From Marsupella aquatica (Eukaryota > Plantae > Marchantiophyta), in assembly GCA_973895155.1 (NCBI GenBank), contig OZ316897.1, forward strand, positions 10,997,832-11,061,831: a stretch of 64,000 nucleotides of DNA. The letters are read 5' to 3'. Of the stretch, positions 11,509 to 24,800 are shown piece by piece (the first letter of the stretch is position 1; each line of letters starts with the position of its first letter). The notes under the pieces were generated by a model that saw only the letters and a program-made list of their open reading frames with translations, was not told where the DNA came from and searched no databases. The position numbers were made by a program, and so were the translations under genes.

Positions 11509-14500
11509 TGTGGTGCGTCCCATGGCTCCCTAAACCCAAGAAACCCCCCAGCTCAAGCCGATTCCCGCAGGTTTCGCGCTTGGCGAGGCCGTTTCCGCGG
11601 CTTAGCGGCATGGGACGCTGCTAACCTTCTACTACTACTATTAACATTTTTACACACATATACTGGACAGATCCTTCATCGGGTCATGAGATACGTAGCC
11701 GGCCTAATCTAGGCCTTCCCTCGTCTTCCCCTCCGTCTTGTTAGGTATGTTTAGATTCCGCCGCCGGAATGATCCCCAATAGGCTAAGACCTCTCTCAGC
11801 TCGACACATCCAACTCTCACTCCCCTACTTACTTTCCTTCCTTCTAGTTGATGTGGGCACTCTTCACACAAGTTAATGCGACACACAAATAGCAAAATGA
11901 CTCATTCTGACTGAGTCATTCCATGCACTTGCCATATAAACAGTACATCTCATACACAAGCTTTGCGAACTAAGCCGTGAGGCCAACTCTATTCAGCTCT
12001 TAGGCATGAGGAAACATGAATATACACAAGGGTCACTGTATGACTAATCGAGAGCTTCTCGTACTACTTGATCCCAGCCCGGCTGGTGCAAACTAAAAAC
12101 TTGCTAAAGAAGAGGCCCTGAGCTCCCCGCTGCCCAGGTACTTATCCTGGTAGTGGATCCGCCTAATTCCTTGCAGCGTAAGCCTAATCTACCTAACAGT
12201 AATCTACTTGCCTGGATCTACCTATGTACAGCAAGGCAGGAGTACAAGTGTTGCTCCTACCAGTGGAACCGCAATCCCACTAAGCTAAGTGTCAGGGCCG
12301 CTCCTGGTCCTGATCCTAATCCTAAACTTGGAGATCAGCACCCGCCCTGCCCACTCACGCCTCCTCCCTCCACGTTTGCCCTTCCTAAAAGGAACGGCGC
12401 CCTTGCACCGTCACGACACCGGTGGTGGATCCTTAATGGACGCCCCCAACGCTTCCTCCTGAGCCACTGCCGTAGGTTCGTTCTCTGACAGATTACCTGC
12501 CCTTGACTGAGTCAACTCTCCATCGGCCTGACTGGGTCTACCATCGGCGTCGGCATCGGCTCGGGAATCAGTTACGGCCTCAGCCTTGGCTACGGTCTCC
12601 CCGGCCTGCTCAAGAGGCGGATCTGGGATACCGGCCTCATTACTGAGTAGTTCGGCTTGGGCCGCACCATCCCCACCCTTGATGATAGCGGAATCTATTG
12701 CCGTATTCATGCCGGAGGTTGGTGTTGGGTCTACCTCCTTGGTTACCACGGCCTGTGGAGTCGGATTACTCCTTGACCTTGAAGGTTTCCGCTTCTTCTT
12801 CTTTTCTGGTTCGGAAGCTGGTCCCTTCCCTTTCCCACTTACTTCCGGCACTGGTGCAGGTGGCGCGGCTTTTTCTTCGGCCAGTACCACTCCTGGTAAC
12901 TTGGTTGCCCCAATTGGAGTTGGGCCTGATGAAGACAAGCACTTAAATACTGCGGCTTGTTTCTTCAGCCGCTCTGTTTGGTTGTCGGCCCACCGCTGGA
13001 GGTTCTCCATCTTCCTTGTGATTTCCTCCAACTCCTCCTGGGTCTCATCCAGGTCCTTGTGCGCCTCCTCTAGTTCCTTCTGGGCTTCCTCCCGTTCTTT
13101 TTTCAAGCTAGTCCTCTCCTCCAGGGTTGCTCTTAGCTCCTTGTTGAGCTCTGCAATGATGACAGACTCCATTTGGTTCATCTTGGCGTAAGTCTGATCG
13201 AGCATCTCGTCCTTCTCCCTTAGGTTGGCCTTGAAGCTGGCCGTCAGGGACGCAAGCTCTTGCTGCAGCGCCATAATCCCTTGATAGGATTTTCCTAACT
13301 CGGCCTCCTTCTGCTCAAGGGCTCCGCGGATTTTCTCGAGCTCCCCCTTCAACGCCCATTCCTTTCTTTGGGTCTCCGCCATGGCCCGGCTGTTGGCTGT
13401 TATGTGGGCCTCCTCTGCATTCCTCAGCTCTCGCTTCCACTTCTCCCTCTCTTTGATCGTATCGGCCAACTCTCCCTATGTCTGAGTTAGTTTATCCTTG
13501 ATATTCTGATTATCAGCCTGCGCGGTGTCCAACTGCCCCTGCATGATGTTCAGCTCATGCCGTTTAATCCGCAGTTCATCTTGGGCTTTCTTGGCCACCC
13601 TTAGATCTTCAATCTCGGCTTCCATCCTCCTAAGCCGCCGAATGACCTCGTCCTTCTTGCTTCTCTCTAAAGCCACCGCTTCTTCTAATTGGTGCTTCTC
13701 CAACTACTCCCTATGGAAAAGGGTCCTACCTCCAACTCCTCTCCAAAGATACCGAGCGCAAGTTCCCCACACATCTCACCATACTCCATGGCTCTATTCT
13801 TAGCGTAGGTGGAGTAAGTAGAAGTGATCGGCATTGCCCATCGCGGCCTCTGCTCCCAAGCCGTCTTGCGGATCTCTTCAATCGTGGCTAGAGGTTTGCT
13901 TCCTTTTTCGGCTAGCCGCCTGATGTCCTCCGGCCAATCTCCTCCTGGTAAATCCTTTTCCCTAGCCAGGGCTGCCTCCTCTTCCTGCCTGATTTGCTCC
14001 TGAAATTCCTGCACCGTCTGTTTTATGCCGTCAAAGCTCGGGGGAGCAACATTTGGTGGGGGAGACTCAGGGCTACTCTGCTGGTTGGGGTCCCCTCGTA
14101 CTACCCTTGGAAGTGTGGGGACAAACCGGCCACAGGTCCTTACTCCTGGAACGTGATGGTCCGACCCATAGCCGGAGTTATCATGGCTGCAGTCCTCCAC
14201 TGCCTCCTCTACTTCTTGGACGTCCGGCTTCTCCCTCTCCTCTTCGTCGGTAGGAGCTTCAGGCAATTCTTCCTCAGATTCGGAGCTTGAGACTCCCACA
14301 TACATTCGAACAACTGGCTTGGATTCCGGCTTGATTCTCTCCTTGTCTCCAGCAAAGGGGTTTTCTCTTGTGAGCCGATGTAGGCCTACCTCTGGAGTAG
14401 TGTCCTGCATTGTTGCCGTTGCCATTGTCGTTGCCGATGCCGATCTCTTTTCTTTCTCCAGTAGTTTCAGCAGACTTTGCATGCCTGGTTGCTGCATCGG

Positions 14501-16159
14501 CAAGTCCTCCGTCCTTGGCCTAAACACCTGCTCGATCGTAGGGCTAACAGGTGGTTGAGGCTTCTCTGCTAACGGCCTCGGCGTTGGAGCTTCCTCGGGT
14601 GCCCTTACCTGCAGGGGAAGTACTGGGGCAAAAGTCTGACCTCTGGCATACCGGCACAACAGCGGCATGTGATAGCCAAGCCGCGACACGCTCCCCATGC
14701 CGATTACCTGCTGCTCCTCCTTTAAGATCTTCTTCAATTGGTTGAGGAGGTACCCGTTGTAGTCCCGGCTTGGGTCTGGCCTCTCTGCCAGATAGACCTG
14801 TGCCTTGCCGATCTCTACCCTCGGCAAGTTACAATGCATGGTCACCCGCAAGAAGTCGATCATCTCTCCTATGTGCGGGTTGGTGCAGGTGTTCCGGAAG
14901 AAGCCATTCTTCGTTGTGGCCCGGGGAACGACCGGAACTCCTTGTCAGGCAAGGTCTTCCTGGTATCAACTTTGGTCTTATTGCCTATCGGCAAGCCAAA
15001 CACTTCGGCAATTACTTTGGGAGTAAGATAGAAATCCTTCCCATATATCCTCGTGCAATTGGTCTCGGGTTCCCATGACCCCACGAATTCTAATAGGTCT
15101 GACTCCGGTACCTCCGGCTTCAGCCATGGTAATCTTACAAAGGCCTCTAAGCCGGATCCGGCCATGAAGCCTTGGTACTTCTTGGTCTGCATGGCCGTAA
15201 AGCATGCATCCTCCTCCCGTGCAAAATGTAGTTGCACCTCCACCGGTAGGGTTGCCGCCCAGCCCTTCCAGGTGTCATCCCTGGTTGGAATGGCCTTGAT
15301 GGGATCGACCTCCTCCTCTTCGGCTTCTCCCTGCCTCCTGCTCTGCTGCTCGACTGGCTTCTTTGGTGCCGCCGACCTTGTTCTTTTTGCCGGGGTGGCT
15401 TCATCGTTGACGGCTCCCTTCCTCTTCATCTCTGCTGCCGTGGAGGTTTCTCCTAGCACCGTTGCCTGGGTCCACCTTTCCGTGCTACCCTTTAATTCCC
15501 AGTGTATGTCGTTGTAGTTCTTGATGGCCTCTCGGATGCCGACGACGCTGTCTTTGCAAAACAGAAGATCGTCGAGTTGATTGGAAGTAGGAGTCCACAA
15601 GAACTCATCCTTGATGAGTTCGCCTCCTAAGAAAGCCGTCTTCTGTAGCTCCCACAATCGAGCGAGCTCCTGCCGTTCTCGAGCTGCCCTTTCTGATTCC
15701 TCGTCCTCGTAAGTCTTGATGTACTCAGTTGCCCATTCGAACAGGCATCCCTAGAAATGTGTCGCTTGATTGATGTTGCTCATACCCTCCTTAGGTCGAT
15801 CGTCGGTATCTACTCTCTCCCCGAGTGCTTGCCTAAGCAGTTGACAGTAGTTGGCCTCCCGTAGTCGTCTGCCTAGTTTGTGCTCGCAACTGAGTCACCA
15901 TCTCCTGCAAGCGCTCCTTACCCCTCTCCTCTTCAGGTCCTTCCTCCCGTTGATCCTCCCTAGCCGCCGACGCTTAACGCGCCCTAACCCTAATCGAGTT
16001 TTCACCCCCAGCGTCCTTACCTCCGGCCTCGGCCCAGGTTCCATGGTCGCCCCTAATTGTTTATATTTTCCTTGTTTTGTTCCTATACTAAGGTGTTTCT
16101 AGGGTGCCTTCCTGCTTTACCCACTTAACTGGCCGAGTGATTCCTGTCTAGGCATCACA
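11509..16159 (-). repeat. 4.65-kb 3' LTR of Gypsy-A
   Basis: On the minus strand it begins TGTGATGC directly after the PPT and ends GCACCACA at the L1 ORF1 junction (7/8 inverted match). Confidence 0.75.
12411..15900 (-). pseudogene. LTR-encoded accessory protein of Gypsy-A (disrupted)
   Basis: Consecutive ORFs 15657-14869, 14863-13685, 13703-13476, 13469-12411. 'GLEAFVRLPW..EFVGSW..YGKDFYLTPKVIAEVFGLP' followed by a long coiled coil, as in 4128-6518. Start coordinate approximate. Confidence 0.7.
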
Positions 16160-19100
16160 TAGCTCCCCACTTAATTGTGAAGCGTCCTCGCGAACAACTT
16201 CATCTTCGTCCATATAGTATTTCTTGAGGCGGTCATAATGGATGCGAACTGGATATACCTCTCCCGTAATGTTGGCCAATTGTACGGAGCCATTGGGGAA
16301 CATCATGGTTACTCTAAAGGGTCCTAACCAGCGAGTGTAAAGCTTTCCTGGAAACCTACTATACCTACTGTCATAAAGTAGCACAAGATCACCGGTGTGA
16401 ATACTAACTACTTTCAACCTTTTATCATACTGCTGCTTCATGATATTCTGTCTATATTCTACTCTCTCGGCTGAAATCATTCTCGCCTCCTCTAAGGCTT
16501 CTAACCTATATTCTCGCTCCTTTAGGCTCTCCTCCGCTGAGGCTCTTTCCTCAATTGTAACTTGAAATGTCGGTATCTCAAGTTGCATGGGTACCAGGGC
16601 TTCTTGTCCAAAGGTTAAGAAGAAGGGTGTATGACCGGTAGTGGATTTATAGGCTAGATTGTAAGCAAAAACAACAGCAAACAATTGATCATCCCAATCG
16701 AGTTTGTTCTGAGCTACTGTCTTGTTCAATATCTTTCCTATAATTCCGTTTGCTCGTTCTGTCAACCCATTTGCCTTTGGATGGTAGGGAGTAGTAGGCC
16801 TATGTCTAACTAAATACTGTTCATTTAAACGACTAATTATATCATTCAAAAAATGGGTTCCTCTATCACTAACTAATTCTAGGGGTGCTCCATACCTGGT
16901 GAAGATCTGCTCATACATGAATCTAGCCGTAGTAATTGCATCATCCTTCGTGGTCGGTCTTGCCTCTACCCATTTAGTTACATAATCCGTAGCCAGGATT
17001 ATGTATTTGTTTCGTCGAGGGTGGGTCAGTGGTTTCAGAGGTCCGATGTAATCAATACCCCACTTCTCGAATGGTGCCAGAGGTAGAATAGGGTGCAGTG
17101 GATGTCTGGTGGACGCCCTTGGTCCTCCCGCTCGTTGACAAGGATCGCATTGTTTGATAAACTGATAGACATCCTTGTGCAAGGTGGGCCACCAGTAACC
17201 GGCATTTAATATCTTCTTAGACGTGGTTACTGGGGCAAAATATCCTCCGGCCTCCTCTCCATGCATGGCCCGTAGGACTCGTTTTACCTCTCTCTTTTCC
17301 AAACACCTTTGAATCGTGCCGTTGATTCCATGCTTGTGCAGTATGCCTTTAATGCACTGATACTGTCTGACCTTCCGCACAAAGACTGCGGCTTGCTCTC
17401 GGCTTAATCCTGGCTGTAATCTGGAAGTGCTGAGAAATTGTAAAATCTCAGGGTACCATGTATCAGCTATTTCCACAACGAATAGCTCCTCGTCGGGGAA
17501 TCGATCATCGATGCAATCCGTGGCAGGTTCACCTGTGATCCTTGAAAAGAAGTCAGCATTGGCGTGTAACTTTCCCGGCTTGATCCTCAGCTCATAGTCA
17601 AACTCCTGTAATAGTAAAATCCATCTTGCTACTCTGCCTGTAAGGTCCGGCTTATTGACTAGGTACTTCAAACTTTCATGATCGGTATGAAAGATTACCT
17701 TGTACCCTAGTAAATAATGCCTAAACTTTTTACAAGAATAAATGACTCCTAATGCTTCTCTCTCTGTGGTGGAGTAGTTCCGTTCGGCATCGGCAAGCTG
17801 ACGGCTTGCGAAGTATATGGGATGATCCCTTCCTTTCTCATCCAACTGACTTAGTACTGAGCCGATACAGAAGCCCGAGACATCTACAAAAACATGAAAA
17901 TCTTTGTTCCAGTCCGGTGCTATCATGACTGGGGCCTCTACTAACATCTGCTTCAATTCTACCACCGCTATGACTCGTTCGGGTGTGGGTTCGAAGTCTG
18001 TTCCTGCCTTGAGCATGTTGGTTAATGGTAAAGCTAGCTTGGCAAAATCCTTGATGAACCGGCGATAGTAACCAATGCATCCCAAGAAGGATCTTACATC
18101 CTTTATGTTCTTAGGTTGCATGATATCTAGCCATACTGCTAGCTTACCTTTGTCAATCTCAATGCCCTTCCTTGATACCTTGTGACCTAGTAGCACCCCC
18201 TCGGTTACTGCAAAGAAACATTTATCTGGGTGTAACTTGAGACCCACCTCTCTACATCTCATGAAGGTTTTCCTGAGGTATTTAGCATGTTTCGATGCCT
18301 TCCCGAATACTGCAAAGTCATCAATGAAGATTTCCATGAACTTTCTCAAGTAATCATGAAAAATGTTGAAACATAGCTGGTGCGTTGCAGAGTCCAAACG
18401 ACATACGATTGAAGACATAGATCCCCCATTCCGTGATGAAGGCCGTCTTGATTTGGTCTTCCTGCCGAATCCTGATTTGGTTATAACCAGAGTACCCATC
18501 CATGAATGAATATAGTTCATGACTGGCTACCATGTCTAGTACCATATCAGTAAACGGTAAAGGAAAATGGTCTTTTAATGTTGCTTCATTCAGCTTCCTG
18601 TAATCCTGACAAACCCGGATCTTGGGTTTACCATCGGGTCCAGCTTTCTTGGGAACTATCACAATTGGAGACACCCAGTCTGAATGCAGGACTGGAGTGA
18701 TGAATCCAGCTTCCACTAGTTTGTCGATTTCCGTTTTGACCAGCAGGGAATACTTCGGGTTCATCCTTCAAATTGGTTGTCGAAATGATTTGGCTCCTAA
18801 CATGAGATCAATTTGATGTTCCCCTAGTGTTGGATCTACTCCCTTCAGATCTTGGTGACTCCATGCGAACACATCCTGAAATTCAATCAATAAGTCACTG
18901 ATCTCTTTCTCGAGCTCAGGTGCTAGGTTTCTCCCTAAGTTCAGTTCTCTTCCCTCTCCTAAGTCGAGCTTCTGATATTGCCGTGCTTGGATCATATTAA
19001 TCTGCTTCTTCAAATTCGGGTCCAGTTCGGCTTCCAGTCTCTCCAATCTCATACCTCCATAAACTGGAATCTCGGCTGGACTAGCCGAGTCGGTCCTTTC

Positions 19101-20161
19101 CTTGGTGTCCATAGATTGTCCCCTTGCCGGTCTATCCGGTTTTGAATTGGTGGTCGGCTTCCCTTCCTGCCTTGGCTCTGGCTTGTGTCTGTGCATCTCA
19201 TCCACCTCTTGCTCCTGAGGGTCAGGCCGCTGTGCTCTCCCGGCTTCTAATAGGGCCTCAATTTGTTCTGCCCTCGTAATCGGCTTGTATGCCGACACCT
19301 TGGTATTTAATTCCTTGCCGATGATCGATGGCGTTGTGAACCCTGTCGGCTCTGCCACAACGCCTGTAGAAAATCCACTGTCCCTGCTACTGCTCCCCAT
19401 TTAGCCGTTTCATCCAATTGGTCTATATCCTTTACTTCCTCCGGAATTGCAGCTAAAAAGGTGGATTCTATTGTAAAGCAGTCCTCGACCTCTTTGTCTT
19501 CTTCTTCCAACTCACCTTCCATTGGTTCTTGCCATAATCCGTTGGGGGGTACCTCTGGCCCAAAGACACTTTCTTTGGTTAGGTCAGTGAGGCATTCTAA
19601 CCAACGTACTTCATCGGCTAACTCCAGTCCACTGTCGTACCCATCTACTTCCCTTATGCTTTTCCTACGGTCATCCTTAGTGTCCCAGGATACCGTGATA
19701 GAGGGGGTCCCAAAAGTGAACTGCTTTTTACCCCAATCTTCTATTACTTCGGCTAGGTACAGCCATGGCCTACCAATCAATAGCCGGAATGACGTAGGAT
19801 TTACCGGCTTCATTACCTCATAGTTAATGCTAAAAAAGATACCGCCTATCTCTGTCTTGATGCCGGTTAACACTCCCGTGGGAATGACCTGATATCCATT
19901 GGTCATGTTCAACACTCTTCCAGTCATCTCCGGTGTTAGACCCCATCCTTTTGTTGTTGAATCAATCATAATACATACCCCTGATCCTCCATCGATGGGT
20001 ACCCGTAGTAATAATTCTCCTTGAATCATTAATGGTAATGCTGGGGCTCCTTGATCTTCTTCTATCATTAGTACGTCGGACCTGGTTGCTACCTTGGGTA
20101 ATCTCGGCTTGCCGAGAATAGCCTTCCTTAATTGCTTCCGGAAGTACGGGCTATTTTTCAA
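16148..20161 (-). pseudogene. pol: Gypsy-A pol (protease, RT, RNase H, integrase)
   Basis: Protease 'VPIDGGSG'; RT 'WVSPIVIVPK..DYRKLN..MDGYSGYNQI..FIDDF'; RNase H 'FVDVSG..YSTTERE..TDH'; integrase H-x-C-x2-C and 'WGIDY..VSDRG..NGLTE'. One stop and frameshifts. Confidence 0.95.
16160..16172 (-). other. Polypurine tract of Gypsy-A
   Basis: Minus strand AAGTGGGGAGCTA immediately before TGTGATGCC, at the end of integrase. Confidence 0.7.
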
Positions 20162-20299
20162 TAGTTGACCTACTGTTGCCGAGACTCTAGATTCTAGTAC
20201 ATCTTTGGCTACTCCGACTCACCGTAGGCGGGGGAGTGCGGGCTCTAGTACTTCTTCTGGTGGACGTGCTCGTATCTAAATCATGGAAAGAATGAGGGA

Positions 20300-21812
20300 G
20301 TGATGGGGGAATTGTTGAGAATTGCATCTTGGAACGTGTGCGGGTTGTGTGAGCCCAATAGGAAGAACGTAGTAAAGAACTGGATTGAGTCTAGAAAGGG
20401 AAGGGTGGAAATCTTGGCCTTGCAGGAGATTAAGGCGGACCAGTTCAGACTTGATGTGGCTATGAGGGTGATACTGTCATTGTACTAGTGTATTACATCT
20501 ACCCCAGACGAGGGTCGTGGGGGCACATCATTACTAATACATCTGGGGATCAAAATTGTTGACTCAGGGGTGTTCGATATAGGAAGAGCTGTTTGGGCGC
20601 GAGTAGTATATGAAGGATGTAACTTTGGAATAATCAGTGTCTATGCGCCCAATTCGCCCAGGAGAAGGGCAATCCTTTGGAATGAACTCAAACTCGAACT
20701 GCCCCTGGCTTTTTGGATTGCATGCGGGGACTTCAATGTGACGGAGATGCGGGAAGACTCCACAGGAGACTCTCCCTTGATAAAAGGATGCGAGGCTGAA
20801 TTTTGGAGATTTTTGAAGGTGCGATTCAACCTGGTGGATGCTATACAATTCAAAGGAATTGACAAGGGGTCTAGATACACCTGGCGCAGAAGCAGGAATG
20901 GGAGTCTGACACAGCCCCGGCTAGACAGATTTTACTTTAGCAACAATGGGGAATGGATCATACTGATAGGGGAACTTGAGCATGACTGGGGCTCGGCCCT
21001 CTCGAACCATGATTCGGTGGTTTTGAGTGTGCAACTCACGAGTGGTGTACAAGCTGAGGGTGGTAGGGTGCGAATGTCACTCTTCAAAGCGAACCCGACT
21101 CTGGTGAAAATTGAAGGCACAGTGGAAGCACTCAAGCGGGCATGGATGGAAGGAAAAGGGGGGTGTACTGAACCGATAATGGCTTTTGATAAGGCAAGTC
21201 GCAATATGAGGAAAAAGTACATTGAGAAGCAAGGGTCACCTAAGCGAAGAGAAGAAGAATTGTTGCTGCTGCGGGATAAATTAAGGATGCTGAAGACGAC
21301 AATCATGGAGGAATACTCTGAAAATGAACTCAAAGAGTATGTTGACACAGAGGAATTACTACATGTTGCGGAGCTGGAGGAGGCACATAGAGGAAGAAGA
21401 TTGGCACGAATTAACTGGCTGGGGGAGGGAGACAAACCATCACATTTCTATTTTGCAACTGTTAAGGCTAAGAGAGAACGAGAAGCAATGAAGAGTTTGT
21501 TGCTGGAGGGTGGGACGGTGATTATAGATCCGGTGCACATAATGAAGGAGGTGGAACAAACTTGCCTGGAATTGTATGCTCCTGGGGTCCCAACGCAGGG
21601 GGAGCGGTTGATCTCACTAAACGAACGAAGCAGGTTGCTGGAACATACTAGGGCGGCACTGACCACAGCAAAGATAACCATGCTGGAGAAGTTTCTCACA
21701 AACACGGAAATTAAAAGAGGTACTTTGGATGCTCCCAAAGGACAAGAAACCGGGACCGGATGGGCTGTCTGCAGAGGTATATCAAGCATGCTGGGAATTC
21801 TTGCAAGAGGAT
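20300..21812 (+). pseudogene. L1 #1 ORF2, APE endonuclease and linker
   Basis: 'SWNVCGL..LALQE..SVYAPN..CGDFN..YTW..RLDRFY..LSNH..KKPGPDGL'. Interrupted by CACTA-1. Confidence 0.92.
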
Positions 21813-24800
21813 CACTACAACATATTTGACACTTTTGCGAAGGTATTTTTGTCGACGCTCTTGTATTTCCGATGGGCAGCACTTTGCATACTTTGCGAAT
21901 CAACCCGCATCGCAATTTGCGATTCTATCCCTATCGCAAATATAATAGCTGAAGCGCATTATATCACTAATACATTGCGAAGTAAGTGGTTTTGCAATTT
22001 TTGCCGAAACACGTTGAATGGAAAGGCGCCTTCCGAAGACGGAAAATCGCTCGCCGACTCTGAAACTAACTCATGTAAATATTTGCGAAGAAGATTGGAT
22101 TGAAAATGTTTTGCGATAGTAGTTGTTTGACAAGTTTAAGAATGTCGGAGGATGGAAGATTTGCGAAACGGTGAAAATATGAAATTTGTGATTGATTTTG
22201 CATCACAAGTTTGCGAATAGTGTAGTATGGAAATATTGAGAAACGAGAAGCTTCATATAAATTGTGAGTCCGATGAGAGTTTGTGAGCTTCGCAAATTGT
22301 TCACAAACTAAAAATTAAGGTTATTATGAGGTGAGACAATGAAGAGGGTGGATGGTCCAATATATGGATGGGGCAGGAGGGAAGAGGAAGGGAGGATGGA
22401 GGGAGGTACAATGAAGGATGGAAAAGGGAGGGAGTACAATGGAAGAGGAAGGAGGGAGGAGAAAGAGGAAGGGAGGAGGAGGGACAGACGTACCACGGAG
22501 GAGGGAAACACGAGGGTGAGAATGAAAATTATGGAATAAGTAGGAAATAAAGTTATATTGAGCAACATAGGTTAGATAGAAAGTTGCATGTAAAATTCAC
22601 AAGTGATCACAATAAAACAATACAATACATATGTCATGAGTATGACTCATTCAAAAGTGAATGGCAAATATAAATATAGACAATCCTTTTTTTTATATCA
22701 CCAAACATGAACAAATCAAATATAACATGAACAAATGTCTAGGCTGGACCCAAGTGCATATAAATATGTCCCTCACACTTGGTCCTCATCGGCCTCAAGG
22801 TCATCTAGGTCTGATACAATAACATCTGGCTTCTCAGAAACAATGGAACGAGAACGTGGCACATAGGTGATGACAATTGACCACTCGGTGTCTAAGGGGT
22901 ATGGAATGTAGAAACATTGCTCCAAGTGTGATGGGAAAGCAACTGGTTCTGACGTTTGCCAATGAGATGCTTGAACACTAGTGGCACTTGTCTTCAACCG
23001 TGTAAACCCACTCTCATCTTGAAGTACAGTGCAATTTTGACCAACAAGGTTCACTTTGAACCACTTGCACTTGAAGACATATTCCTCAAACTTTGAATGG
23101 TTGTCATATGATACCACCAAGATCTCCTCTATCTTCCCATAGTGTGGCACAACATCTCTAACAATGTTCCTGTCATGGCGGCTGCTTCTGGAGTCTTGAG
23201 AAAATTCCCCTTGAACTCCACAATCAAAAGTACGACCCCTCTTCTCATCAAGGGAAGAAACCCTGAAATTAACAAAACCCGCAAATTTTTATTACACTGT
23301 AAAAGATACCATTAATGTAATAATCATCAAAATATGACACCCATCCCTAAATAGCCAAAACCCACATGGCCTATGGCATAAATATAGAAGCCAACATTAT
23401 AGTTATGGATGTCATTAATGATAATAGAAAGTTTTTAAACAATAGAAATAACTAATCAAAATAAGGTCTACATGAATTAATAGAGGAAGAAAGGTTAGGT
23501 ACTAGTGGACCTGAAGTGTCTCCCTTGTGTCCACATAGCCGTCTTGGATGTCACCACTCTCAAAGGGCCATGAACAATGGTCCGAACGTCATCTGTGATG
23601 GTAGGAAAGTGGGACACATCTCCTCCTTGTGTCACCATGTCATCCAACTCAAGCAACTTTTGCTTCATATACTCATGCATCTTAGGAAAAATTCTTGCTC
23701 TTTGACTTGTTCTCTTGGCATTCTCATAAAACTCTCTCCATTTCTCCATGATATTACTATTACTCAACATAAATGTTGTCAACTGTGACCACTCTGTTGA
23801 TGTCAACATGCGTGTTTTTGTGGCACCTGTTAAACGGTCCTCCTCCTCTTCTCTTTCCTCCATCCAAGTACGTGGACAAGTAGGATCAATGGTGGCCAAG
23901 ATGTTACTACAATAAAACATACTCTCTGCTGCCAAGTATCCTGTAGCTATGCTTCCCTCCACCCGTGCATGGTTACGTACATAAGCCTTCAACACCGCCA
24001 TGTAACGCTCAAGCCAATACATCCATCTACAATGCACTGGACCTGCAATGGCAACCTCCCGCACAAGATGCACAAGTAAATGAACCTGACAATCAAAGAA
24101 GGAAGGAGGAAGGGCTTTCTCCAACTTGCATACCACCTCAGCTGCCAATACCTCCATCCCAGGGATCTCTTCTACATATATCTCCTTTGAGCATATCCAT
24201 CTCAACAAACGACCCAATGACCAGATGGCATCTTGCACTTCTTCACTCCCTATACCTATAATTGCCACTGGCAATATATGCTGCAATAGGCGATGATAGT
24301 CATGTGTCTTCAGATATCGTGGCCACTTGTGATTGTCCTCCATCCCAAAAGCTTTTTGAAGGTTGGCACCATAGCCTGTAGGAAACCGCATCTCTCCTAT
24401 ACGGTTCCGAAATTCACGTCTTTGGCCAACACTCAACACCCAAGGAGCAAAAGGACGATTCTCCACACCTATGATAGGATCAATTGTCACCCAAACATCT
24501 GGATGCATTTCCATCTCCTCGCATGCCTCCCTAAAATTAGTGTCCTTCTCCCCATAAAAATGCTTTATCAAAGCCTTCCCCACATTTCCCTCTATGTGCA
24601 TGGGGTCTAAAAGATGGCGGATCTTCAACTCAGACCAATAGGGCAAAGTGGCTAGTATACTCCACCTGGTCAAACCTGTCCTATCAAAGGTGAAGAAATC
24701 ATTTGGGTCTGCCACCCTATCAGCTAGTGACTTCCAATGTGCAAAACTTGTTGCATCAGGAATTTCACGCTCATCACCAAATGGCATGTCAAAGGAGGAG

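Larger units (their letters stand above)
11509..20260 (-). mobile_element. Ty3/Gypsy LTR retrotransposon A (5' LTR and gag deleted)
   Basis: PR-RT-RH-IN order, followed by a PPT and a 3' LTR. The high-coordinate boundary is approximate: an abrupt junction with L1 ORF2. Confidence 0.9.

Noticed and set aside
12586-15517. Numerous plus-strand ORFs opposite the Gypsy-A accessory gene (and similar antisense ORFs throughout the window)
   Set aside because: Antisense shadows of GC-rich coding frames with no recognisable motifs.
22308-22568. Short ORFs in a GA-rich tract
   Set aside because: Low-complexity purine tract in the CACTA-1 3' region with no domain signal.
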